From the NCBI GenBank assembly GCA_021818955.1, contig JAKASR010000006.1, positions 14,886 to 78,885 on the forward strand: a stretch of DNA of 64,000 nucleotides, in the 5' to 3' direction. How positions within the stretch are numbered: the stretch's first letter is position 1; every line of letters begins with the position of its first letter. This stretch comes from Acidobacteriota bacterium. GTDB taxonomy: Bacteria > Acidobacteriota > Terriglobia > Terriglobales > SCQP01. The notes beneath the pieces were generated by a model. The model was not told the DNA's origin. It did not search any database and was given only the letters and a program-made list of their open reading frames with translations. Below, in pieces: positions 45,510-54,300 of the stretch. The position numbers and the translations under genes are program-made.

Positions 45510-46682
45510 TCACTTGGCCTCCCGGCTGTTCTGGACGCTTGCCGCCGCTTCCGCCTGGGCTTGCAATCCAGCCAATTCGCACAATCCTCCATAAACCTGT
45601 TGCAAGTTGTCGGGCGAGGCTGCCGGCGCGGTTTCGCTCAGCCATACCGCATCGGAATCCGCATCGTCGGGATGGTAGCCGTGCATGCCGGCCGGTTGCC
45701 AGTGGCGATGAAATCCGGTTTCCGCGATCATCCAGCCCGGGTCGGCCAGCCAAAGGCTTTCGCCATAGCGGGAGTCGCAAAAACCCAAGCCTTCAGCCTC
45801 TAATACGGCCGGCGCGAGCAGGCGGCCATGCGGCCATTCCCGCATCGCCGCTTCCATTTCCCGCCGTGCCTCCCGGTGGGAATACCAGCAGCGGAACATC
45901 GTCGCGTCGGCCACGGCCAGCAGGTCATCCGGCATGCGCCAGCCGCGCGGCAGCGCGGTATTTACGGTGCCTTGGACCGGCGCCATGCCGTGATCGGAAA
46001 TTACCGTCAGCTTCGCCCCCATTCCCGCCAGCCGGTCCAGCCGCTGAGCGTAAAATTCAAGCGCCGCCGCAATCACCGGTTCGTTTTTCCCTAAATGCTC
46101 GTGCAGCAGATGATCCAATTTGCACAAGTACAGGAAATAAATTTCGGCCCGCCGCTCGCGCAGATCTTTTTCAAGCTGGGTCAGCAAGGCGGCATCCTGG
46201 CCGGCCGCGTAGGAATAGACCCGCCAGCTTCGGCCAGCGTCTTGCAGCCGGCGGAAAAAGAACGCCGCCTGCGGCATGCCGTCAAGCGCGTATAAATGCC
46301 GCGGCTCCGCCCAGGCGAACCAGGCCAGCAGCCGCGGGCTGACGGCGCAATCGAAGCCCGGCCCGGCCGCGAACACCTGCCGGCCCAGCCATTGCATCAG
46401 CTTGCGGCCGGCGCGATGATTGACGCTCCAGTCGGGCAGATGCCGCAACCCACGCAGCCGCCGGAATGGCGAATGCTGCGGGTCGCGATAGAGCAGATTC
46501 CAGCGCCCGTGCTGGGCCGGCGTCATTCCGGTCAACAGCGTGGGAATCGCTCCCGAACTGAAGCCTAAGATGCTGCGCACTGCGCGCCGATAGGGCAAAC
46601 GCCCGGCGAGAAAACCATATGCTTCCGCCAGCCTCCAACCCAGGGCATCGATCAGCACAATGCATTGCGGCCGCCGATCCAT
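45510..46682 (-). CDS. Alkaline-phosphatase-superfamily enzyme (nucleotide pyrophosphatase/phosphodiesterase-like), apparently soluble
   Basis: CIVLIDALGW. Nucleophile region GFSSGAIPTLLTGMTPAQHG. Metal-ligand motifs ISDHGM and GMHGYHP. No TM segment seen. Confidence 0.65.
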   Translation of the reverse strand: MDRRPQCIVLIDALGWRLAEAYGFLAGRLPYRRAVRSILGFSSGAIPTLLTGMTPAQHGRWNLLYRDPQHSPFRRLRGLRHLPDWSVNHRAGRKLMQWLGRQVFAAGPGFDCAVSPRLLAWFAWAEPRHLYALDGMPQAAFFFRRLQDAGRSWRVYSYAAGQDAALLTQLEKDLRERRAEIYFLYLCKLDHLLHEHLGKNEPVIAAALEFYAQRLDRLAGMGAKLTVISDHGMAPVQGTVNTALPRGWRMPDDLLAVADATMFRCWYSHREARREMEAAMREWPHGRLLAPAVLEAEGLGFCDSRYGESLWLADPGWMIAETGFHRHWQPAGMHGYHPDDADSDAVWLSETAPAASPDNLQQVYGGLCELAGLQAQAEAAASVQNSREAK

Positions 46683-46690
46683 ATCCGCTC

Positions 46691-47827
46691 CTAACGCACC
46701 CGCTCCCAGGTGCCGTCGCGCGGCGGACGCAGCGAGCGCCACCAGCCTTGTAAATAAGCCAGATTCATCGCCAGCGCGTAATACACCAGGCTGCGGCGCT
46801 CGACGAGCGCCACCGCAACCAGCGCCAGCCCGGCCGCCCACACAGCCAGGCTGAGCTGGCGCGGCAGCCCCGCGAATGAAGCGAGCAGCAGGGCCAGCAG
46901 CAGAAAAGGCGTCAGCCAGCGCAACAGCTTATGCGATAGAAACGCCCAGGCCGTCCAGATGCCCAGGGGCGTATGGCGCACCTGCCGCAAGGCGCGAAAG
47001 CTGCCTTGCGCCAAGCGCCGTCGCCGCCGCACCTGTCCAGCTATATTCCCGGGTCCGGCATCGTGCGCGACGGCTTCCGGATCGTAGAGCACCTTCAATC
47101 CTTGCCCCCGTGCCGCCATTGGCACCAGCAGATCGTCGACTAACGCGCACTCTTCCAGGCGCCGGTAGGCGCTGCGGCGCATCGCATACAGCCCGCCATG
47201 CGCGGTGAGGGTGATGCCCAGGCGGGATTCCAGCATCCGCAGCCCGCATTCAAACTGCCAATAGCGCGCTTCGGTGCGCGCCGTTCCGGGCGTCGTGTCA
47301 AATTCCACTCGCCCGCAAACCACGCCGTTTTGCGGCGACTCAAAATGTCGCGCTAGTTTATCGAGGCTGTCGGGCTCAAGCCGGGTGCCGGCATCGGTGA
47401 AAACCAACAACTCGCCGCGCGCCGCATCGGCTGCATGGTTCAAGGCGTTCGCTTTGCCTTTGCGCCGGGGCAGCTCTAAAACTCGAATGCGCGCGTCGCC
47501 AGCGGCGCGAATTTCCCGGGCGGTGCCATCGCGGCAGCCGTCGGTAACGTACACCGCCTCCCAGCGCGGATACGTCAGCCGTGCCAGCGAGGCGAACTGT
47601 GGGGCCAGACGCCCGGCTTCATCGTGCGCCGCGATCAAAATTGAGATGAGCGGGGTCGCGCGTGCTGGCTGCAGCCGGCGATCGCGGCTGCCGCGCAGGT
47701 ACCGCCAGTCGCGCGCGGACTGCATCATGGTGGCGGCCAGCCAGAGCAGCGCCGGATACCCCGCATAGGCATACACCAGCAGCCCCAGCGCCAGCCAGAA
47801 AACCAGTGCGGCTAAAATAGCCATCAT
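46691..47827 (-). CDS. Membrane-embedded glycosyltransferase family 2 (synthase-like topology)
   Basis: N-terminal TM. ISILIAAHDE, YVTDGCRDGT, FTDAGTRLEPD. C-terminal TM helices. ATGA overlap with the upstream gene. Confidence 0.8.
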   Translation of the reverse strand: MMAILAALVFWLALGLLVYAYAGYPALLWLAATMMQSARDWRYLRGSRDRRLQPARATPLISILIAAHDEAGRLAPQFASLARLTYPRWEAVYVTDGCRDGTAREIRAAGDARIRVLELPRRKGKANALNHAADAARGELLVFTDAGTRLEPDSLDKLARHFESPQNGVVCGRVEFDTTPGTARTEARYWQFECGLRMLESRLGITLTAHGGLYAMRRSAYRRLEECALVDDLLVPMAARGQGLKVLYDPEAVAHDAGPGNIAGQVRRRRRLAQGSFRALRQVRHTPLGIWTAWAFLSHKLLRWLTPFLLLALLLASFAGLPRQLSLAVWAAGLALVAVALVERRSLVYYALAMNLAYLQGWWRSLRPPRDGTWERVR

Positions 47828-49113
47828 TGCCCGCCCCGCGACAGCAGCAGCACGCGCGGCGTGCGCAACAAAATCAATAAATCCAGCCGCCAACTGCCAT
47901 GCTGGATGTAAAACAAATCGTAAGCCAGCTTTTCCCGGTTATCCTCCAGCGAGCGGCAGTAGCCGCGATGGATCTGCGCCCATCCGGTCGCGCCGGGAGG
48001 TACTTGCCAGCGCCGCGCATAGCCCGGCAACTGTTCCGCCAGCAGCCGTTCCTGCTCCACCGCAAACGGGCGGGGTCCGACCCAGCTCATCTCGCCGCCC
48101 AAAATGTTCCAGAGTTGCGGCAGCTCATCCAGGCGGTAGCGACGCAACCATTTCCCCAGCCGGGTGCAGCGCCGATCGTTCAGATCCGCCGGCCGCCAAC
48201 CGGCCTCGCCCGTGGTAGCTGCCGGGCACATGGTGCGAAATTTATAGAGCACGAAGGCGCATCCGCCCTCGCCCAATCTCAGTTGCCGGAATAGAACCGG
48301 CCGGCCGGAATCCAGCCAGATTCCGAAAGCGATTAACGCCAGCAAGGGCGCCAGTCCGGCCAGCGCCAACGCTGCCAGCACGGCGTCACGGACTCGCTTT
48401 GAGCGCCGCCGTATCGGGCGCCCGCCCGCCCCCGGATCCGCCGCTTTGCCGGTAACCTGCTCGAAAAACTCCTGAGCGCGGACGAGCCGCGCGCCCGCGG
48501 CTTGCAATTTCCGCCATACCGGCTCCGGCGCAGCTTGCGCCAGCACCAGATGGCGGATGTCTTGGCGCGCCAACTCGGCCTGCATTTCCGCCCAATGCTG
48601 GGGAGCGGGCCAGGCTACATGCGCCGCAATCCGCCAGCCCCATTCCGGATGTTGCTCCAACTCCGCTTCGAGTTCTCGCCACAGCCCGCACTCGCCGACC
48701 AGGGCCAGATTACGCCGCGTGCGTCCGCAGCCAGCCAACGCATGTACCCCCATCATGGCCGCAAGCCCCATGCCCGCTCCGGCCAAAAACACGCCGTGAC
48801 CGAGACGCAATTCCGGCCAGATCAGTTCGAGTAAACTCCAAAGCCACCAGGCCGCGCCCACGCCTAAAAATAATCGTTCCAGAAATCTCCGCCAGTCGCG
48901 CTGCGCTAGTGCGGCATAAAGATCGGCCCAGCTCAACGCGCTCACCATCAGGCTGCCCAGCAAGGCCATGCGCGCCCACGCGGTCCAGAAATGATTCGCC
49001 GGCGAGAGTTGCACCCCAAACAGCGCCAGCCAGACCAACCAGGCCAGCACGCGCAGGCCGCGCTCCCGATAAGGCCGCCCAATCCGGCTCAATGCCAGCT
49101 CATCACTCGCCAT
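47824..49113 (-). CDS. Polyprenyl-phosphate glycosyl-phosphotransferase (bacterial sugar transferase, initiating enzyme)
   Basis: N-terminal TM block. Catalytic domain GRPVLFRQLRLGEGGCAFVLYKFRTM...DELPQLWNILGGEMSWVGPRP. Confidence 0.85.
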   Translation of the reverse strand: MASDELALSRIGRPYRERGLRVLAWLVWLALFGVQLSPANHFWTAWARMALLGSLMVSALSWADLYAALAQRDWRRFLERLFLGVGAAWWLWSLLELIWPELRLGHGVFLAGAGMGLAAMMGVHALAGCGRTRRNLALVGECGLWRELEAELEQHPEWGWRIAAHVAWPAPQHWAEMQAELARQDIRHLVLAQAAPEPVWRKLQAAGARLVRAQEFFEQVTGKAADPGAGGRPIRRRSKRVRDAVLAALALAGLAPLLALIAFGIWLDSGRPVLFRQLRLGEGGCAFVLYKFRTMCPAATTGEAGWRPADLNDRRCTRLGKWLRRYRLDELPQLWNILGGEMSWVGPRPFAVEQERLLAEQLPGYARRWQVPPGATGWAQIHRGYCRSLEDNREKLAYDLFYIQHGSWRLDLLILLRTPRVLLLSRGGQ

Positions 49114-49978
49114 GCTGGTCCTCTCGTCGTGCGGTCTCCATGAGCGCCTTGCCGGCCGCACTATCCGCCTGATTCAGCACCCAGCCCAACCGCTTTTCTT
49201 CCGCTACCCGCCGCCAGGCTTCCGCCAGTTCCGGCTTACGGCTGATTCCCGCCCGAGCCACCAGTAACACGCCATCCACCCACTGCGCCCAATGCTGGGC
49301 TTCGGCGACCGGCAATAGCGCCGGGCCATCGAGCACAATCCAATCCAGCTCCTGGCGCAGCTGCGTCAGCAACTCACGAATGGGCGCGGCGCATAAATTT
49401 TCCAGATTCCAGCCGCCCTCTCCCGCCGGCAAAAGATACAGCGGCCAAGGTTCAAGCCGCACGCAAAAGCGCTGTACCGGCTCCTGGTTGCACAGCCAGT
49501 CGGCGAGCCCGCCCCGGACTTCCACTCCCAGACGGGCGGCGAGCCGCGGTTGCGGGCTGGCTTCCAGCAGCAGCACCCGCCGCCTTCCGCTGCGCGCCAG
49601 CGCCGCTGCCAGATTGAGCGCGACGGTGGTTTTGCCTTCGTTCGCTCCGGCGCTGGTGATCAATAAAACTCGAGGCGGCGTTTTACCGGTCCATTGCTCC
49701 AGCTCCCAGGCCAGGCGCCGGAATGCTTCCGCGCCAAATCCCGGTTGCGGCGACCACATGCACGCGCGCGCCTCCGGATGCGGATGCGCCGACAGGCCGG
49801 ACCCTTCTTCCGTCAGCGATAACGGCCGAGATAGAGCCGACAGAACCGCCGCCGCCGGTTCCATCCCCGTGGCTGGAAGTTCGTGGCGTAAATCCAAATC
49901 ATCGTTTACTCTGGCTGGCGCCGAGCCATTCATCCGCTCGCGCTCGGCCTGTTGCAGCGCATCGTAAATTCTGCCCAT
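49103..49978 (-). CDS. P-loop ATPase related to polysaccharide co-polymerase tyrosine autokinases (PEP-CTERM-locus type), atypical
   Basis: N-terminus MGRIYDALQQAERE. Walker A TSAGANEGKTT. Walker B-like WIVLDGPAL. Start at ATG 49978 with AAGGAG 7 nt upstream. Confidence 0.65.
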   Translation of the reverse strand: MGRIYDALQQAERERMNGSAPARVNDDLDLRHELPATGMEPAAAVLSALSRPLSLTEEGSGLSAHPHPEARACMWSPQPGFGAEAFRRLAWELEQWTGKTPPRVLLITSAGANEGKTTVALNLAAALARSGRRRVLLLEASPQPRLAARLGVEVRGGLADWLCNQEPVQRFCVRLEPWPLYLLPAGEGGWNLENLCAAPIRELLTQLRQELDWIVLDGPALLPVAEAQHWAQWVDGVLLVARAGISRKPELAEAWRRVAEEKRLGWVLNQADSAAGKALMETARREDQHGE

Positions 49979-50031
49979 GCCCCCGCTCCTTTCCCTCCGT
50001 TCGCGCCCATTCTCGTGCCCGGATTCCGGAT

Positions 50032-50871
50032 TCAAGCCGCGGTCGTTTCCATCGCCTGCAACTGCATCTCGGTCGCAATCTCCGCCACCTGGGCGGAGTC
50101 AACCCGCCGTTGCTGGCGCGCATAGGCGGCCAATAAGGCTTGATCGCAGAGCAGGTTGATCAGACGGGGAATCCCGCCCGAAGCCTGCTGTATCGCTTCG
50201 CTGGTTTCCGCCGTAAACCAGCCGGCCGCCGCCCTCGGGTCTGCTCCCGCCCGCTCCAATCGCCGCAATATGTACTCGCGCGTCTCCGCCGGCGTAAGCG
50301 GCATCAAGCGGCAGCGCAGGCTGATGCGTTGCCGTAATTGCCGCAGCCGGGGCTGATTTAATTGCCTTTCCAGTTCCGGCTGGCCTAGCAGGATCACCTG
50401 CAACAGCTTGTGCCGCGGTGTTTCCAGGTTGGTCAGCAGCCGGATTTCTTCCAATAAACTCCACGGTAACTGCTGGGCTTCATCCACCACCAGCACCGTC
50501 GTCTGTCCCAGCCGGTGGCGGGCAATCAAAAACGTTTGCAACCGTAGCAGGCGTTCCGCCTGATCTTTTTCCGGCAACTCCAGGCCGAGATCGTGCAACA
50601 CAAAACGCCAAAATTCGCTGCGGCGTAGTCGTGGATCGAAGATGTAGCTGAACGCCAGCCCCTGCGCCTGCAGCCGTTCCAGCAGGCAACGAGCCATCAG
50701 CGTCTTGCCCGTGCCCACTTCGCCGGTCAGCATGAGGCAGCCGAGACGCTGTTGAATGCCGTAATACAACCGCGCCAGCGCCTCCTCATGCGCTGCTGTC
50801 GGGCAGAGGAAATAGGGGTCCGGGCTGAGCGCGAAGGGAGCGCGTTCAAGCTTGAAAAAATGCCAGTACAT
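50032..50871 (-). CDS. ExeA-like AAA ATPase (PEP-CTERM/EPS-locus secretion ATPase type)
   Basis: MYWHFFKLERAPFALSPDP. Walker A LTGEVGTGKT. Walker B VLVVDEAQ. Start at ATG 50871 (GAAGGAAG SD). Confidence 0.75.
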   Translation of the reverse strand: MYWHFFKLERAPFALSPDPYFLCPTAAHEEALARLYYGIQQRLGCLMLTGEVGTGKTLMARCLLERLQAQGLAFSYIFDPRLRRSEFWRFVLHDLGLELPEKDQAERLLRLQTFLIARHRLGQTTVLVVDEAQQLPWSLLEEIRLLTNLETPRHKLLQVILLGQPELERQLNQPRLRQLRQRISLRCRLMPLTPAETREYILRRLERAGADPRAAAGWFTAETSEAIQQASGGIPRLINLLCDQALLAAYARQQRRVDSAQVAEIATEMQLQAMETTAA

Positions 50872-50892
50872 GTTCACTTCCTTCGGGCAGTC

Positions 50893-52446
50893 TCAACGCA
50901 GCGACCACCAGCTTCCGGCTGCGATCAAAAGCACCAGCAACAGGGAAACCGCCCAAGTCCAGCGCCTTTGCCGGTCGGCTCGCCGCAGCTCGGCCTCCGT
51001 CGCCAGGCGCGGGATGGCGGCCAGCAACGTGCCGCCGGGCAGCGCCTCCTGCGTCCAGAGGCGATCATCGTGGCTCTCCAGCGCGGCCGCCGTGCCGGCG
51101 CCCAGCGCCAGCCCGAGCAGTAATCCCATCCAATTCCATTGCGCGCGATTCGGCCAGTTCGGCCGCTCGGGCCGCGTGGCCGGCACCAGCACGCGCGTCT
51201 GCCGCCCCTGCTCCCGGCGTTCTAACGCCGTGGCCAGCGCGGATTGTTGCGCCCGGCTGGCCAGCGAGTTATAGGCCGCCTGCGCCGCGTTCAGCCGCGT
51301 GGTCAACGCGTCGAGTTGTTGGCCGCGCAAGGGCGCCAGCGCTAATTGCTGCTGCCGCCGCGCCAGCCGGGCCTGCAGCCGGCGCTCATCGGCCAGCGCG
51401 GAACCCAGCGCCAATTGATTCGACTGGCGCCGGCTGGCCAACTGCATCATCTCCGCCGTGAGCGGCAGTTGCGCCACCGGAGCGGGAGGCTGCGCTCGCT
51501 CCAGCCGCTGCAACGCCGCCAGCTTCTGCCGCAGTGCCTGGATATCGGGATTGGCGGCGGTATCTTCGGTTTCCAGTTGCGCCAGTTGCGCGGCAATCGA
51601 CGTACGCTGTGCCGCGAGCGATTGCCGCTCCGGCGAGGGGTTGAACGGGCCGGCGGCGATCTGGTTTTGCAGCCGCTGATAGCGATGCAGCAGCGCGTCC
51701 AGATAGCGTGCTTGCTGATGCGCCTGGCGCGCCTGTTGCCGCGCCGCCGCCAGCTGGTTCAGATCGTTGCTGATTTCCTGTTGCAGGCCGCCGGCTTGGG
51801 CGGGCAGTTCGCCGCTGTAGCGGCGCTGAAACTCTTCCACCGCTTGGGCTCGCCGCGCCAGCCGGGCCGCCGCCTGCCGCGCCTGTTGTTGCAGAAAGGC
51901 GGTGGTCTGGGCCGAGTGCTGCTCGCCTTCGCGGCGCAACTCCTGCACCCAGTCGGTGGCCAGCGCTTGCGCCACCTGCTGGGCTCGCTTCGGACTCGAG
52001 GCGCGATAGCGCACTTCGAGCAAGGCCATGGTAGGCGCAATGCGCGGGTTGAGGTTCGCCTCCAGTGGAGTTAGCGTCAGCCCTCGGCGCAAGCGCGCCG
52101 CCACCGCCGCCGCGCCGCGCGCGGTCTTCATATGGGGATACAAGTGCAGATGCTCGGCTTCGCGGCGCAAAGGTGCCGGGCTCAGCAGCCGCTCCATCAG
52201 CGCCGGCAATTGCGCCAACGGCTGCGTGCTGCCATTGGGCATGACATAATCGCGCGGTACCGGCGGCGGCGCGATCTGGATGACGCTGCGCGCATCATAG
52301 CGCGCGGGCAGCAGCCAGGCCAGGCTCCAGGTCAGCATCCAGACTCCTGTCATTACCGCCGCCGCCCACCGCCAGCGCCGGCGCAGCAACGCGCTCAGCG
52401 GCGCCGGCGCGGCGTTTTCCGACTCGGTCTCTTCCCAGCGGCTCAT
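50893..52446 (-). CDS. Polysaccharide chain-length determinant (Wzz/GumC-like co-polymerase)
   Basis: N-terminal TM (AAAVMTGVWMLTWSLAWLL), a long Q/A/L/R coiled-coil periplasmic region, and a C-terminal TM (WTWAVSLLLVLLIAAGSWW). Confidence 0.75.
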   Translation of the reverse strand: MSRWEETESENAAPAPLSALLRRRWRWAAAVMTGVWMLTWSLAWLLPARYDARSVIQIAPPPVPRDYVMPNGSTQPLAQLPALMERLLSPAPLRREAEHLHLYPHMKTARGAAAVAARLRRGLTLTPLEANLNPRIAPTMALLEVRYRASSPKRAQQVAQALATDWVQELRREGEQHSAQTTAFLQQQARQAAARLARRAQAVEEFQRRYSGELPAQAGGLQQEISNDLNQLAAARQQARQAHQQARYLDALLHRYQRLQNQIAAGPFNPSPERQSLAAQRTSIAAQLAQLETEDTAANPDIQALRQKLAALQRLERAQPPAPVAQLPLTAEMMQLASRRQSNQLALGSALADERRLQARLARRQQQLALAPLRGQQLDALTTRLNAAQAAYNSLASRAQQSALATALERREQGRQTRVLVPATRPERPNWPNRAQWNWMGLLLGLALGAGTAAALESHDDRLWTQEALPGGTLLAAIPRLATEAELRRADRQRRWTWAVSLLLVLLIAAGSWWSLR

Positions 52447-52447
52447 C

Positions 52448-53707
52448 TTATTGCTCCCAGCCCCAGTTGGGCAGTTGATAGTGCAGGCCGATCGCCAGCC
52501 GGCTATGTTCGCGGCTCAAGCCCAGGCGGCGGCCGCCGCGATGGCGCTGCCACAGCCGCGCCGCTTGCAAACGCAGCCATAGCCCGCGCCGCAAGCGGCG
52601 CTCGATTTGCGGCCCGCTCCAGGCGCTGAAAAATCGCTCGCGCGGGCTGGCAAGATTCAAACCCCGGATGTCGGCTACTGCCGCTTGCCAACTCCAGCGC
52701 CAGTTGCGGCCGGCATCTCGCCCCAGGCGGAGTGCAGCCGCGCGGCTGAGGCCCGGCACGGCCAGCAGCCCCGCGGCTGAACTTTCCTGCTGGGTAAGGC
52801 GCGCCTCCCATTGCCAGCGGCGGCGATATTCCAGGCTGGCCCCGCTGGCGCAGAGCCAGCGCATGGCCCGCCCCCCTGGGTTTTCCGCCAACTGTGCGCG
52901 CTCGGGACCGGCAAAACCGGCTAACCTCCAGCCCGCCGCCGGTTGCCAGCTCAGCTCGCTCCATCCCCCTAGCAGGTGTAATTGCGAGCTGCCGGGCTCC
53001 TGCTGCTGGCGGAGGAAGACGCGTGCCAGCCAGTTCCAGCGAGCGGTCAGCCGCCGGCTGAATTGCCAGCCTTCTTCCCGGCTGCGGTTGCGCACGGGGA
53101 GTGCCTGCTTCCAGGACAGAAAATCGTAGCGGCGATTGCCCGCGGCCAGGTACAACTGCCACCAGGCGTACGGCGAAACCGCATGCATCCATTCCAGCCG
53201 GCCGCCTTGCAAAGATTCGCTGATTTGGGAGCCTGCCGTTCCCCATCCCAAGGCCATCGCCCCGCCGCTGGCTTCGCCGCCGTCGCGCCGCAACCAGCTG
53301 AGGCGGCCGCGCAACCAATCCTGCCAGCTAAAGGCCCATCCCGCCCCGACGTTCAGGATTTGGTTGAATAGATTGCGCCCCGGCTCGTGCGCAAATCGCC
53401 ACCACCAGGGGGCGTAACTTAGGTTCCATTGCCAGCGCGCTCCGCCCGCCCACCAATCCACCCGCGGGCCCAATTGCCAGTCCACGTCCGGGCGCCCGCC
53501 GCCTTCGCCGCTGTAGTCGTCCAGCGCCACGCCTTGATCCCAGCTCAAGCGCAATAGATTGCCCGCGCCCGCACTCGTCGCCGCCCCCGATCCCGGCGCC
53601 AGGCTGGGCAACTTGCCCGTCGCCCAAACACTGGGCGCGAACTGATTGGTTTGCGCCCAGAGTCCAATCCCTAGCCATGCCAGTAGCAATAAAACTCGCC
53701 AGCTCAT
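52448..53707 (-). CDS. Putative outer-membrane beta-barrel protein of the EPS locus
   Basis: Signal peptide MSWRVLLLLAWLGIGLWAQ. Alternating aromatic/polar beta-strand-like pattern. Extremely Trp-rich. ATGA overlap with the wza-like gene. Confidence 0.5.
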   Translation of the reverse strand: MSWRVLLLLAWLGIGLWAQTNQFAPSVWATGKLPSLAPGSGAATSAGAGNLLRLSWDQGVALDDYSGEGGGRPDVDWQLGPRVDWWAGGARWQWNLSYAPWWWRFAHEPGRNLFNQILNVGAGWAFSWQDWLRGRLSWLRRDGGEASGGAMALGWGTAGSQISESLQGGRLEWMHAVSPYAWWQLYLAAGNRRYDFLSWKQALPVRNRSREEGWQFSRRLTARWNWLARVFLRQQQEPGSSQLHLLGGWSELSWQPAAGWRLAGFAGPERAQLAENPGGRAMRWLCASGASLEYRRRWQWEARLTQQESSAAGLLAVPGLSRAAALRLGRDAGRNWRWSWQAAVADIRGLNLASPRERFFSAWSGPQIERRLRRGLWLRLQAARLWQRHRGGRRLGLSREHSRLAIGLHYQLPNWGWEQ

Positions 53708-54279
53708 GGCACCACCAGCGTGTCTCCCGGTTGCAGTTGCGGATCCGGGGATTGGCCGGCGAGAATCGCCGCATAATCCACCGCTTGCCGCGTGCCCTTG
53801 CGGCGCAGGATATAAATCCGATTTTTATGCGCAAAAGGAGCGAACCCGCCCGCTAGCGCCAGGGCATCCAGCACCCGCTCGGACCTGGACAGGGGATATG
53901 CTCCCGCATGCATCACCCGCCCCAATACATTAAAGCTGCGGCTCCGCACCTCGACTACCGATACGGTCACCCGCGGCTGCGCAAGGTAACGCGCCAACCG
54001 CACTGCGATAAGCTGGGCTAACGCAATCGGCGTGCGCCCCCCGGCGCGCAATTCCCCAATCAAGGGCATGGTGATCCGGCCATCCGGACGCACTGCCGCT
54101 TGCAAGCTCAATTGTGGTTGCCGCCAAACATTGACGGCCAGCAGATCGGCGGGCCCAATCACATATTCGGTGTGGCTGAGCTTGCCCCCGCCTTGACTCC
54201 AGCCCGATAGCGTGATGGCCAATAGCGTCCACACCGCTGCCGCTGTTCCCTTATGTCGCCCTCTGCTTTGCCCGTTCAC
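53704..54279 (-). CDS. Polysaccharide export protein, short Wza-like (Poly_export + SLBB)
   Basis: YVIGPADLLAVNVW...VRPDGRITMPLIGELRAGGRTPIALAQLI. GTG start with AGGAGA 7 nt upstream. First gene of the operon. Confidence 0.8.
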   Translation of the reverse strand: MNGQSRGRHKGTAAAVWTLLAITLSGWSQGGGKLSHTEYVIGPADLLAVNVWRQPQLSLQAAVRPDGRITMPLIGELRAGGRTPIALAQLIAVRLARYLAQPRVTVSVVEVRSRSFNVLGRVMHAGAYPLSRSERVLDALALAGGFAPFAHKNRIYILRRKGTRQAVDYAAILAGQSPDPQLQPGDTLVVP

Positions 54280-54300
54280 TGCCGGCTCTCCTGCTCGGAA

